A stretch of DNA of 64,000 nucleotides, taken from assembly GCA_040218735.1 (NCBI GenBank), contig JAVJQW010000050.1:288001-352000 (forward strand). The letters are read 5' to 3'. This stretch comes from Deltaproteobacteria bacterium. GTDB lineage: Bacteria > Myxococcota > Kuafuiibacteriia > Kuafuiibacteriales > Kuafuiibacteriaceae. Both the position numbers and the translations under genes were made by a program. Shown here one piece after another: positions 1 through 8,719 of this stretch (positions are counted from its first letter, which is position 1; each line of letters opens with the position of its first letter). Below the pieces are notes generated by a model. That model was not told the DNA's origin. It was given only the letters and a program-made list of their open reading frames with translations, and ran no database searches.

Positions 1-217
1 CGTCCCCGTCGGTATAGCGATAAAACCCCGGAGGGGCTTGGATTTCAGGCTTCGCCATATTTCGGGCCGAGACGGGGCCGAGCGCACCTCGACGTCAGCG
101 AGGGCGGCCCGCGGATCAGGCTGAAGCTAGCAGGCGCCCCGAGCGGCTTCAACACGCGGCGCACGGAAGGCGACAGGTGGGTCGGAGCCGGGTAGGATAC
201 TCGGCCGAAGCAGCCTC

Positions 218-3200
218 ATGGCGAGCGGATCCACCAGACCAGCGCAGCTCGGCGGCGACAACGTCATCCGCTTCCTCGACTGCGCACATTTCCTCCAGGA
301 GCTCGCCGGGAACCTCGGTCGAGGACGTGCCCTCGTGCGCACGCGCCGGAGCTTCGAGCTGGGCGAGCGCTTCACCGTGGACGTCGAGGCGCCGGGGGTG
401 GCGTGGCGCGTCGAGGTCGACGTGCGCGTCGTCTTCTCCCGCAGCGGGTTCGTCGGTCTGGAGCTCGAGCGCTTCGACGAGGCGCTCTCCGCGCTGGATC
501 GGCTCGGGGAGGCCGCAGAGCGCGCGGACGACGACGTCGAGGACGAACGACCGCCCGTACCTACCGCGCCCGGGCCGGCCGTGCTCAGCGCCGAGAAGAC
601 CCTCGTCGCCCCCAACCCGGTGATGAACCTCGGCGATGCGTTCACGCCGCTGGGCGATCCACCGCGGACCGGCGAGGCGCAGATCCACATCCGCGAGGAG
701 GACGAAGCCGAGACCGGTGAGTTCCCCATCCTCCCCGGTGATCCCGTCCCGGATCCCGCGGAGACCGGATCCGTGCGGGTGCCCAACCGCGCGGCGACGA
801 TCGTCGAGACCGACCTCGTCGCCGCACCGCCGACGAACCGGCGACGACGCCCGCGGGTCTCGACACCCCCGGAGCGCGGCCTCTCGGATCCCGCGCCCGG
901 CGGTCGGCCGCGCCCCCGGGATCGGATCGACACTTCGACGCAGGACTCGGTCGACATCCCGACCGGTGACGTCCCGGATCCCGCGGAGCACGCGACGCGT
1001 TCGTTGCCGGCCGCGCGACCGGACGCGCCGGCGGCGCCGTCGTCTCGACCCGACGTCCCCATGGCGCCCTCGCTCGCGCTCGACACGAGCGTGCCCATCG
1101 CCCCGTCGCGCAGCGCGCCGCCGCCGGACAGCACCACGGTCGCGTCGGAGAGCTCACGTCCTCGCGCCGCGACCGTGCAGGCGCGGACGGAGTCGCTGTC
1201 GAACTACGAGATCCCTCCGCCGGAGCTCGGCGGATCGGCGATCGTGATGAACCCGCTGCTCGAGGCCGCGCCGGCGGAGGCCACCGCCGACGACGTCGAC
1301 GCGCGCATCATGGAGCCGCCATCGGCGGACGCGGACGTCACGTCCGACGACGTCGACGCTCAAGCCCCGACCCCTGAGGCGACGCCGACGCCCGCGCCGA
1401 GCCTCTCGGACGACCTCGACCTCGACGTGCCGAGCCTCCCCGCGCCCGACGCGGTCCCCGTCGACAACCTCGAAGCGCTCGAGGACGACGACGTGCGGCT
1501 CCCGCGGGTGACCGAGGATGGCCGGGTCGATCTCGCGGACCCCGCGGACCTGCTCGCGCTCTACCTCGGCCAGATTCGGCACGGCACGCTGACGCTCTAC
1601 GGGTCGCTGACCAAGGACGCCGGCGACACGGTGCGGCTCACCATCGAGGGCCCCAACGCGGTCGAGATCGAGGCCCTCGTGATGGCGCGCGTGGGGCCGT
1701 GGTTCACGTTCGCCGTGCCGGACCCTCGCCCGGTCGAGGCCGTGTTGAGCGCGAACGTCGTCCATTGGAAAGAATCCATTGAAGCGCTCGCCGAGAACTA
1801 CCTCGAGGAGAGCGACGAACGGCGCCGCGAAATCGCCGAGCCGGAGCCCGAGCCGTCGCTCGAGGAGAGCGCGACGGCGGACGACTCCGCGCCGCCCCCG
1901 CCCGAGGACCCGATCGTCCCGCCGCCGCCGATCGAGGTGACCGCGGACGACGTCGAGGAGGAGGAGCCGGTGGTCCTCGTTCCGGCGGCGCCCCCGGAGC
2001 CGGAGCCGGAGCCCGAGCCCGAACCCGAGCCGGAGCCCGAGCCCGAGCCGGAACCGGAGCCCGAGCCCGAGGGGGATCCGGATCGCGCGCCGCGCGTGCC
2101 GAAGCTCGACGGGACGAACGTGCGCTTCGATCACACGATCGATCTCGAGCACGAGCTGAAGGTGAACCTCGCGAACGGCGGGCTGTTCGTCGAGGCGGCC
2201 CCCATCCCGATCCGCGAGCGGCGGCGCCTGAAGATCCACATCGGCGACAAACCCACCGGCGTCACCATCGAAGCCGACGTCGTGTTCGCGAGCGGCGGCA
2301 AGGTCGGCTTCTCCGTCCCCGCGTCGGCCGAGGCGCAGACCCAGCTGGAGGAGTACCTCCGCACCGGGACCGCGCAGCCCAGCTCCACGCCGCTGCCGAG
2401 TGAGTCCCCGGTGCCCACCTCCGGGACCCCCGAGCCGCTCCCGCCCGAGCGCGAGGCCTCGGTCGGTGGCGCCTTCGGTGGTGACCTCCTCGCGCCGCTG
2501 TCGATCTCCCAGATCCTCGGGCTGGAGCAGAAACGCGCGTCGTCGACCGCGGACCTCGAGAAGACCTCGGCGGTGCAGCTGATCGAGTACCTCGTCCGTC
2601 AGGGCGAAAAGGGTGTGCTCATGATCCGCGGCCCGCAGCGCACCCAGACGATCTGGTTCCACGGCGGCAGCGTCGCGTACATCCTCGACGAGCCCTTCGA
2701 CGAGGCCACGAGCCTCGGCCGCGTCCTCATCACCCAAAAGAAGCTCAACGACGCCGCGCTGCGCGAGGGCCTCGAGAAGGCGAAGGCGAGCAAGAAGCCC
2801 CTCGGCCGCACGCTCGTCCTCCTCGGCACGATTCGAAAAGCGGAGCTCACCGCGGCGCTCCGCGAGCAGGCGCGCCTCAAGATGGACTACACGTTCGCGA
2901 CGAAGTCCGGGCACTTCGAGTTCGGCCCCTGGCAGGAGCCGCCCGGCAACGCCGACCTCGTCGTGACCAAGGGCCTCGGTCTCCTCGCGCGGTACCTCCG
3001 CAGCCGCTACGACGAGTACAACTACCAAGAGCTCGAAGCGATCTTCGGCGCCAACATGAACCGGCGCGTCGAGCACGAGACCGACTTCGAGAGCATCGCG
3101 ACGAGCCTTCAACTCCAACCCAAGGAGCTTCGATTCCTCGAGCTGTCCCTCGACGGCCACCGTACGATCCACGACGCGGTCCTCGGCAGCCCCGCCGGTC

Positions 3201-3760
3201 GCCTCGGCTCACTCCGCCTGGTCGGCATGTGCCTCAGCATGGCGCTGATCCGCTTCTCGGACGGCAACGCCGTTCGGCGCGAGAAGACGCAGGTCGGCCG
3301 CGAGCCGAGCGCCTTCGTCCGCGTGAAGAACGAGCTGGACGAACGCCTCACGCTGCTCGAGGGCATGAACCACTTCGAGGTGCTCGGCGTGCACTGGTCC
3401 GCGCACCACCGCAACTACCGCGAGGCCTACGACAACGCGAAGCGCGAGTTCAACCTGCGCCGCTCGCCCTACAAGGACGCGCCGGACGACGTGAAGAAGA
3501 AGGTCCAGCGCATCGTGCAGATCCTCGACCAGAGCTACACGACCCTCAACGACGCCACCCAGCGCGTCTCCTACCGCAAGCAGCTCTTCGACAAGACCGA
3601 ACGCCAGTACGCCGCCGAGATGCTCGTGAAGCAGGGCGAGGTCGCGCTCATGCGCGGCGACCGCGTCGGCGCCATCGAAGCCCTGGAGACCGCGGTCGAG
3701 CTCGACCCCTCGACCCGCAACCGCAACCTCCTCATGAGCGCCCGCGAAGGCCGCCGGTAG
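218..3760 (+). CDS. Multidomain protein: PilZ-like domains, Pro/acidic linkers, DUF4388/MshEN-like region, J-like domain lacking HPD, C-terminal TPR-like helix
   Basis: PilZ-like segments (NLGRGRALV..VVFSRSGFVGLE; NLANGGLFV..VVFASGGKVGFS); DUF4388-like GVLMIRG..TIWFHGGSVAYI..SLGRVL; J-like NHFEVLGV..YREAY..SYTTLND..R..Y. Confidence 0.75.
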   Translation: MASGSTRPAQLGGDNVIRFLDCAHFLQELAGNLGRGRALVRTRRSFELGERFTVDVEAPGVAWRVEVDVRVVFSRSGFVGLELERFDEALSALDRLGEAAERADDDVEDERPPVPTAPGPAVLSAEKTLVAPNPVMNLGDAFTPLGDPPRTGEAQIHIREEDEAETGEFPILPGDPVPDPAETGSVRVPNRAATIVETDLVAAPPTNRRRRPRVSTPPERGLSDPAPGGRPRPRDRIDTSTQDSVDIPTGDVPDPAEHATRSLPAARPDAPAAPSSRPDVPMAPSLALDTSVPIAPSRSAPPPDSTTVASESSRPRAATVQARTESLSNYEIPPPELGGSAIVMNPLLEAAPAEATADDVDARIMEPPSADADVTSDDVDAQAPTPEATPTPAPSLSDDLDLDVPSLPAPDAVPVDNLEALEDDDVRLPRVTEDGRVDLADPADLLALYLGQIRHGTLTLYGSLTKDAGDTVRLTIEGPNAVEIEALVMARVGPWFTFAVPDPRPVEAVLSANVVHWKESIEALAENYLEESDERRREIAEPEPEPSLEESATADDSAPPPPEDPIVPPPPIEVTADDVEEEEPVVLVPAAPPEPEPEPEPEPEPEPEPEPEPEPEPEGDPDRAPRVPKLDGTNVRFDHTIDLEHELKVNLANGGLFVEAAPIPIRERRRLKIHIGDKPTGVTIEADVVFASGGKVGFSVPASAEAQTQLEEYLRTGTAQPSSTPLPSESPVPTSGTPEPLPPEREASVGGAFGGDLLAPLSISQILGLEQKRASSTADLEKTSAVQLIEYLVRQGEKGVLMIRGPQRTQTIWFHGGSVAYILDEPFDEATSLGRVLITQKKLNDAALREGLEKAKASKKPLGRTLVLLGTIRKAELTAALREQARLKMDYTFATKSGHFEFGPWQEPPGNADLVVTKGLGLLARYLRSRYDEYNYQELEAIFGANMNRRVEHETDFESIATSLQLQPKELRFLELSLDGHRTIHDAVLGSPAGRLGSLRLVGMCLSMALIRFSDGNAVRREKTQVGREPSAFVRVKNELDERLTLLEGMNHFEVLGVHWSAHHRNYREAYDNAKREFNLRRSPYKDAPDDVKKKVQRIVQILDQSYTTLNDATQRVSYRKQLFDKTERQYAAEMLVKQGEVALMRGDRVGAIEALETAVELDPSTRNRNLLMSAREGRR
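1994..2071 (+). repeat. (CCS GAR)x13 coding repeat encoding a (Pro-Glu)13 spacer
   Basis: ccggag/cccgag/cccgaa/ccggaa units read directly. Confidence 0.9.
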
Positions 3761-3785
3761 CCCACGGCGCCCGACATTCCCTCCG

Positions 3786-5420
3786 CTACAGCTGCGCGAG
3801 CAGGGACGTCTCGAACCACCCGCTCGTGTCGCCCTTCACGGCGTCCTGCAGCGACTCGCCGTACATCGCCTCGTAGGCCTTGGCCGTGGCCGCCAGCTGG
3901 CCCTTGCTCCGCTTCCCGAGGATCCGGATCAACGCCGCCTCGTCCGTGCCCCACCCGTCGATCGCCTGGTGCAGCGCGACGGCGTCGCGCGTCGCCTGGG
4001 CCTGGTCCACGGTGCCGCTCTCGTCGCGGTTCCCGCTCGCGAGCGTGAGGAGCATCGTCTCGAGGTCGCCGCTCGTGTCGCCCTTGATCGCGTCGTCGAG
4101 CGACTCCCCGAACATCTCCTGGTACGCCGAGCGAATCGCGCGGATCTCCCGGTTCGTCCGGTTCGAGAGCACGTCGATCAGCTTCTGCTCGTCCGTGCCC
4201 AGCCCGTCGATCGCCTCGTGCAGCGCAACCGCATCGCGCGTCGCCTTGCCCTTGTCGACCCGCGGCGCACCGCCGGCCGTCATCTGCCCCTGCAGTCGCC
4301 CGTTCGAGCGGCGCGCCGCGAGCTCGGCGCGCAGGTCGACGCGCTTCGGCGCCGCCTTCTTCGGCGCGGTGTCCGCGCGCTTGAGCTGCGCCAGCAGCGA
4401 GTCCTCGAAGTCACCGCTGGTGTCGCCCTTGATCGCGTCCTCCAGCGACTCGCCGTACATCTCCTGGTACGCCTTCGCGATCGCCTTCAGCTGCGGGCCG
4501 CTCCGTCCGCTGATGATGCGGTTGAGCGTCGCCTCGTCGGTGCCCCACCCGTCCATCGCCTCGTGCAGCGCCGCCGCGTCGCGCGTGGCCGCGTTCTCGT
4601 CGACCTTCCCCGACTCGTCCCGGTTTCCGCGGAGCATCGACAAGAGTGAGTCCTCGAAGTCACCGCTGGTGTCGCCCTTGATCGCGTCCTCCAGCGACTC
4701 GCCGTACATCTCCTGGTACGCCGCCTTGATCGCGTTGATCTGCGTGTTGCTGCGGCCGCTGAGGATGCGCGTCAGCGCGGCCTCGTCCGTGCCCCACCCG
4801 TCCATCGCCTGGTGCAGCGCGACGGCGTCGCGGGTCGCCTGCGCCTGGTCCGCCTTCTGCGCGACCTTCGCTTGCTGCGCCTGCGCGGCGACGGGGATCG
4901 GCGCCGCGCGCACCGCGGGGCGCTGCGCCGGCGCGCGGCTCGGCGCCTGACGCTGGTACAGCTGCGCGAGGCGATCGAAGTCGACCGCGCCCTGCCCGCC
5001 GATCGACTGGTAGAACGGTTGGTAGAACTGCGCCGCGGTGATCAGCTGCGTCAGCATCTCGGCCGCCGCCTGCGCCGTGCGCGGGTCGACGCCGAACGCG
5101 ATGAAGAACCGCGCGAAGTCGGTGGTGTCGAGCGCGCCGAGGCGCGGGTCGTAGAACGGGATCTGCTGATTCGGACGCGGCGCTCGACCGCGGAGGTCGC
5201 GCGCGATGGCGTCGCCGAGCGGGGCCGCCTCGATCTGATCGAAGCCGGACTGCGTGAGGATTACGACGTAGTGCTGGCGCTCGGCTTCGGAGCCACCCAT
5301 GCGAATGCGCAGGTCGTCGGCGCGCGCGGGGGAGCCGGCCAGGCGCGCGTTCGCGGCGGAGTGGCTGGAGCGGGCGTGGACGCTGCGAGGGTTGAGTGCG
5401 GTGTGCGTTTCGATGGCCAT
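3786..5420 (-). CDS. Annexin-family protein with four annexin repeats and a ~195-aa N-terminal region
   Basis: Four G[WL]GTDE..Y..M[YF]GESL.DA[IV]KGDTSG repeats; GxGT-X38-D spacing counted in repeat 1; AGGAGG RBS 4 nt upstream of ATG. Confidence 0.92.
   Translation of the reverse strand: MAIETHTALNPRSVHARSSHSAANARLAGSPARADDLRIRMGGSEAERQHYVVILTQSGFDQIEAAPLGDAIARDLRGRAPRPNQQIPFYDPRLGALDTTDFARFFIAFGVDPRTAQAAAEMLTQLITAAQFYQPFYQSIGGQGAVDFDRLAQLYQRQAPSRAPAQRPAVRAAPIPVAAQAQQAKVAQKADQAQATRDAVALHQAMDGWGTDEAALTRILSGRSNTQINAIKAAYQEMYGESLEDAIKGDTSGDFEDSLLSMLRGNRDESGKVDENAATRDAAALHEAMDGWGTDEATLNRIISGRSGPQLKAIAKAYQEMYGESLEDAIKGDTSGDFEDSLLAQLKRADTAPKKAAPKRVDLRAELAARRSNGRLQGQMTAGGAPRVDKGKATRDAVALHEAIDGLGTDEQKLIDVLSNRTNREIRAIRSAYQEMFGESLDDAIKGDTSGDLETMLLTLASGNRDESGTVDQAQATRDAVALHQAIDGWGTDEAALIRILGKRSKGQLAATAKAYEAMYGESLQDAVKGDTSGWFETSLLAQL
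4399..4722 (-). repeat. 75-bp identical direct repeat (4399-4473 and 4648-4722) between annexin repeats 2 and 1
   Basis: gagtcctcgaagtcaccgctgg...ctcctggtacgcc occurs twice, period 249 bp (83 aa). Confidence 0.85.
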
Positions 5421-5451
5421 GAATCCTCCTGGATGGTGTGCCCGATGCCTT

Positions 5452-5467
5452 TACAAGGTCCGGGCCA
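5452..5467 (-). promoter_or_regulatory. Putative sigma54 (-24/-12) promoter of the annexin gene
   Basis: Minus strand TGGCCCG-GACC-TTGTA vs consensus TGGCACG-N4-TTGCW (GT rather than GC at -12); adjacent to a sigma54 activator gene. Confidence 0.6.
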
Positions 5468-5630
5468 AGCCGCAGGAGGACGCGCGGCGACGCTCGAGAT
5501 CCCCGGTCGGGAGCCCTCTAGGGATCGCGGGGGCTCCCGAATTGGGAACCCCTGCGCGACAGCGTGGTCGGCGTGGGCGGCACCCCTCCACCGCCGGTCC
5601 ACAGCGCGCGGCGAGGTGCCATCGCCTGCT

Positions 5631-7367
5631 ATGTTAGTGCCGTTGAGCTTCGAGACGTTACCGCCGACCGAGCGCGCGCCGGTGTCGGCCGAGCGCAAGA
5701 CGGACGCTCCGCTCTCCCTGCTCGTCATCGTCGAGGAGGGCGTGTCGACGCACCCGCTGACGGTGGGAATGCAGCTGTCGATCGGGCGTGAGCCCACCGT
5801 CGACGTCCACGTCGACGATCCGCTCGTCTCCCGCGAGCACGCGCGCCTGTACGTGCGCGACATCGTCGAGCTCGAAGATCTGGGGAGCGCCAACGGCACG
5901 AAGATCCGCGGGCAGCGCGTCGTCGCGCACGAGAAGACGCCGATAGGCGCCGGGCAGGTCGTGGAGATCGGCTCGGCGATCCTCGTGCTGCAGGAGCAGA
6001 GCACGGTCGCCCGGAGACGCCGCCTGTGGTCCCACGGCTACTTCGAGGTTCGCCTCGAAGAGGAGTGCGCGCGCAACGCACGCGGGCGTCGTTCGCCGTT
6101 CGCCGTGCTGCGCGTGCGCGTCGACGCCGCGGACGACGAGACGCTCGTGCAAGACACGTTGACGAAGGCGCTCCGCTCCTCGGACGTCGTCGCGAGCTAC
6201 GCCCCCGGTGAGTACGAGCTGCTCCTCGTCGACACCGCCGCGTCGCGCGCGGAGCGCATCGCCGATCGCATCTCGGACCGCTTCGTCGAGGCCGGCCACC
6301 GCATCGAGATCGGCATCGCGTCGTTCCCCCGCGATGGCCTCACCGCGGACGCGCTGATCGCCCACGCGGGGATCGACCTCGCGCTCGACGAAGACACGGC
6401 GCCCTCCTCGGCCGCGGTCGTCGAGGACCCGGCGATGGTCGATCTGTACCGCGTCGTCGATCGCGTCGCGCAGGGGACGATCAGCGTCCTGCTCGTCGGC
6501 GAGACCGGCGTCGGCAAGGAGGTCGTCGCCGAGGCGCTGCACCGCCGCTCACCGCGCGTCGACGCCCCGTTCGTGCGCCTCAACTGCGCCGCGCTCACGC
6601 AGACCCTCGTGGAGTCGGAGCTGTTCGGCCACGTCCGCGGCGCGTTCACCGGCGCCGAACAAGACAAACGCGGCCTGATCGAAGCCGCCGACGGCGGCAC
6701 GGTGTTCCTCGACGAGGTCGGCGAGCTCCCGCTGCCCACGCAAGCTACCTTGCTCCGCGTCCTCGAGCGCCGCGAGGTCCAGCGCGTGGGGAGCCTGGAG
6801 CCGCGCCCGGTCGACGTGCGCTTTGTCTCCGCCACGAACCGCGACCTCGAGGAGGAGATCGCGCGCGGGCGTTTCCGCGAGGATCTCTTCTACCGCCTCA
6901 ACGGCGTCACCATCGCGATCCCTCCGCTCCGCGATCGCCCCGGGGAGATCACATTGCTCGCGAGGATGTTCGTGGATCGCGTCAGCCACGAGCTCGGCGT
7001 GGAGGCCCCCGCGCTCTCCACGCGCGCCGAAGCGCTCCTCGGCGGCTACCACTGGCCGGGCAACATCCGCGAGCTCCGCAACATGATCGAGCGCGCGGTC
7101 CTGCTCTGCACGGGAGACGTCCTCGACGCTGAGCACCTCCCCGTCGACAAACTCTCCGCGACCTGGTCGAGCACTCCCGCGCGCCCTCGCCGACCGCGTG
7201 CGACGTCGGCGAGCCCGGAGCACGACGAGCGCAAACAGCGCATCCTCGACGCGCTGGACGCCTGCGCCGGCAACCAGACCCGCGCCGCCGAACACCTCGG
7301 CGTCTCCCGACGCACGCTCACGAAGTGGCTCGGCCGCTACGACATCCCCCGGCCCCGCAAACGCTGA
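5631..7367 (+). CDS. Sigma54-dependent transcriptional activator: FHA + degenerate GGDEF-like + AAA+ + Fis-type HTH
   Basis: FHA GR..SREH..GSANGT; GETGVGKE, ESELFGH..GAFTGA, FLDEVGE, FREDLFYRL, WPGNIRELRN; GNQTRAAEHLG. Start is a best guess inside ORF 4812..7367. Confidence 0.93.
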   Translation: MLVPLSFETLPPTERAPVSAERKTDAPLSLLVIVEEGVSTHPLTVGMQLSIGREPTVDVHVDDPLVSREHARLYVRDIVELEDLGSANGTKIRGQRVVAHEKTPIGAGQVVEIGSAILVLQEQSTVARRRRLWSHGYFEVRLEEECARNARGRRSPFAVLRVRVDAADDETLVQDTLTKALRSSDVVASYAPGEYELLLVDTAASRAERIADRISDRFVEAGHRIEIGIASFPRDGLTADALIAHAGIDLALDEDTAPSSAAVVEDPAMVDLYRVVDRVAQGTISVLLVGETGVGKEVVAEALHRRSPRVDAPFVRLNCAALTQTLVESELFGHVRGAFTGAEQDKRGLIEAADGGTVFLDEVGELPLPTQATLLRVLERREVQRVGSLEPRPVDVRFVSATNRDLEEEIARGRFREDLFYRLNGVTIAIPPLRDRPGEITLLARMFVDRVSHELGVEAPALSTRAEALLGGYHWPGNIRELRNMIERAVLLCTGDVLDAEHLPVDKLSATWSSTPARPRRPRATSASPEHDERKQRILDALDACAGNQTRAAEHLGVSRRTLTKWLGRYDIPRPRKR

Positions 7368-7383
7368 GGTATGATCGCCGCGC

Positions 7384-8715
7384 GTGCGGCGCTTCGGTGA
7401 GTTCGCGCTGCTCGAGCGCCTCGAGCAGGGATCGGGCGGGACGGTCCACCTCGCCCGTCGCATCGGCGCGCCCCAGGACCACGACCCGCTCCTCGTGGTG
7501 AAGCGCCTCCACTCGGACCTCATGGAGCACGACACCTTCGTGCGCCGCTTCTCCCACGAAGCGCTGATCGCGGTGTCGGTGAAGAGCCCGAACGTCGTGG
7601 TCGTCGAGGACGTCGGGCGCGTGGGCGACGAGCCGTACATCGCGATGCACTTCGTGGAGGGGCTGTCGCTGTACGAAGTGCTCGAGCGCGTCACCGCCGC
7701 GGGCTACGGCATCCCGCTCGACGTCACCGTCGCGATCGTCGCGGGGTGCCTGGGCGGCCTCCGCGCGCTGCACGACGCCATCCACCCGGACACCCTCGAA
7801 CCCCTCGGCGTGGTCCACCGCGACATCTCCCCGAAGAACATCGTGCTCGCGTTCGACGGGCACCCCGTGCTGATCGATCTGGGCCTCGGGAAGTCGAATG
7901 TCGCCGACTGGCAGACCGCGGCCGGCGACGTCCTCGGGTCCCTCGGCTACATGGCGCCCGAGCAGGTCCTCGGCGACCGCGTCGATCACCGCGCGGATCT
8001 GTTCTCGCTGAGCGCCGTGTTCTACGAGCTGCTCACGCTCGAGCCGTACGTCCCGCGCGGCGCGCGGCGCGACATGCTGCGGCGGATGGAGTCGCCGCCC
8101 CCGGCCCGCCTCGACCGCGAAGACGTGCCGATGCCGATCCGCGCCCTCCTCGAGTCGGGCCTGTCCTACGACCCGAACCAGCGCCCGGCGAGCGCCGCGG
8201 AGATGTACGATCGGCTCACCTCGGTCATCGCCCCCGCGACACCGAAGCTCGTGGCCGCGTTCGTCCGTGACCTCGTCGGCGAAGACCTGCGCTCGACCGC
8301 GAAGAACGTCGACGACCTGAAGTCGCAGCCGATCGCGTTCCCCGACGACACCCCCTACGAAGGCACGGTGGTGATCGCGCGACGCGAGTCCGCGGTGAAC
8401 ACCATCGACGACCTCGAACCCGAGAGCGACGACCCGACCGCGCTCGTCGTCGCCCACGATCGCCCCAAGATCGCGGACGCCACGCTGCGTGCGCCGCCCG
8501 ACACCGTCCTCGGAGACGACACCGACAGCCTCCTGCAGGCGCAGACCCGTATCACGGCACGGCCGCGAGCGACCGGAGTACCGTGGGCGGTCGTGCTGCT
8601 GTTGATGGTGCTCGTGGCGGCCGCGACGGTGTTCGTGGATCGCTTCGTCATCGGCGTCGAAGCGCCGGCGCCGACCGCCGAGCCTCCGCCCACCGTCTCC
8701 GCGACGCCGCGGTGA
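7384..8715 (+). CDS. Hanks-type Ser/Thr protein kinase with C-terminal TM helix
   Basis: VVKRL, HRDISPKN, DLG, GSLGYMAPE, DLFSL; TM WAVVLLLMVLVAAATVFV. Confidence 0.92.
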   Translation: MRRFGEFALLERLEQGSGGTVHLARRIGAPQDHDPLLVVKRLHSDLMEHDTFVRRFSHEALIAVSVKSPNVVVVEDVGRVGDEPYIAMHFVEGLSLYEVLERVTAAGYGIPLDVTVAIVAGCLGGLRALHDAIHPDTLEPLGVVHRDISPKNIVLAFDGHPVLIDLGLGKSNVADWQTAAGDVLGSLGYMAPEQVLGDRVDHRADLFSLSAVFYELLTLEPYVPRGARRDMLRRMESPPPARLDREDVPMPIRALLESGLSYDPNQRPASAAEMYDRLTSVIAPATPKLVAAFVRDLVGEDLRSTAKNVDDLKSQPIAFPDDTPYEGTVVIARRESAVNTIDDLEPESDDPTALVVAHDRPKIADATLRAPPDTVLGDDTDSLLQAQTRITARPRATGVPWAVVLLLMVLVAAATVFVDRFVIGVEAPAPTAEPPPTVSATPR

Positions 8716-8719
8716 AGCG

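Noticed and set aside
1154-3172. 672-aa minus-strand ORF and similar antisense ORFs (e.g. 11672..13225, 30256..32067, 36944..38986, 42256..44475)
   Set aside because: They mirror real genes on the opposite strand and show no domain signatures.
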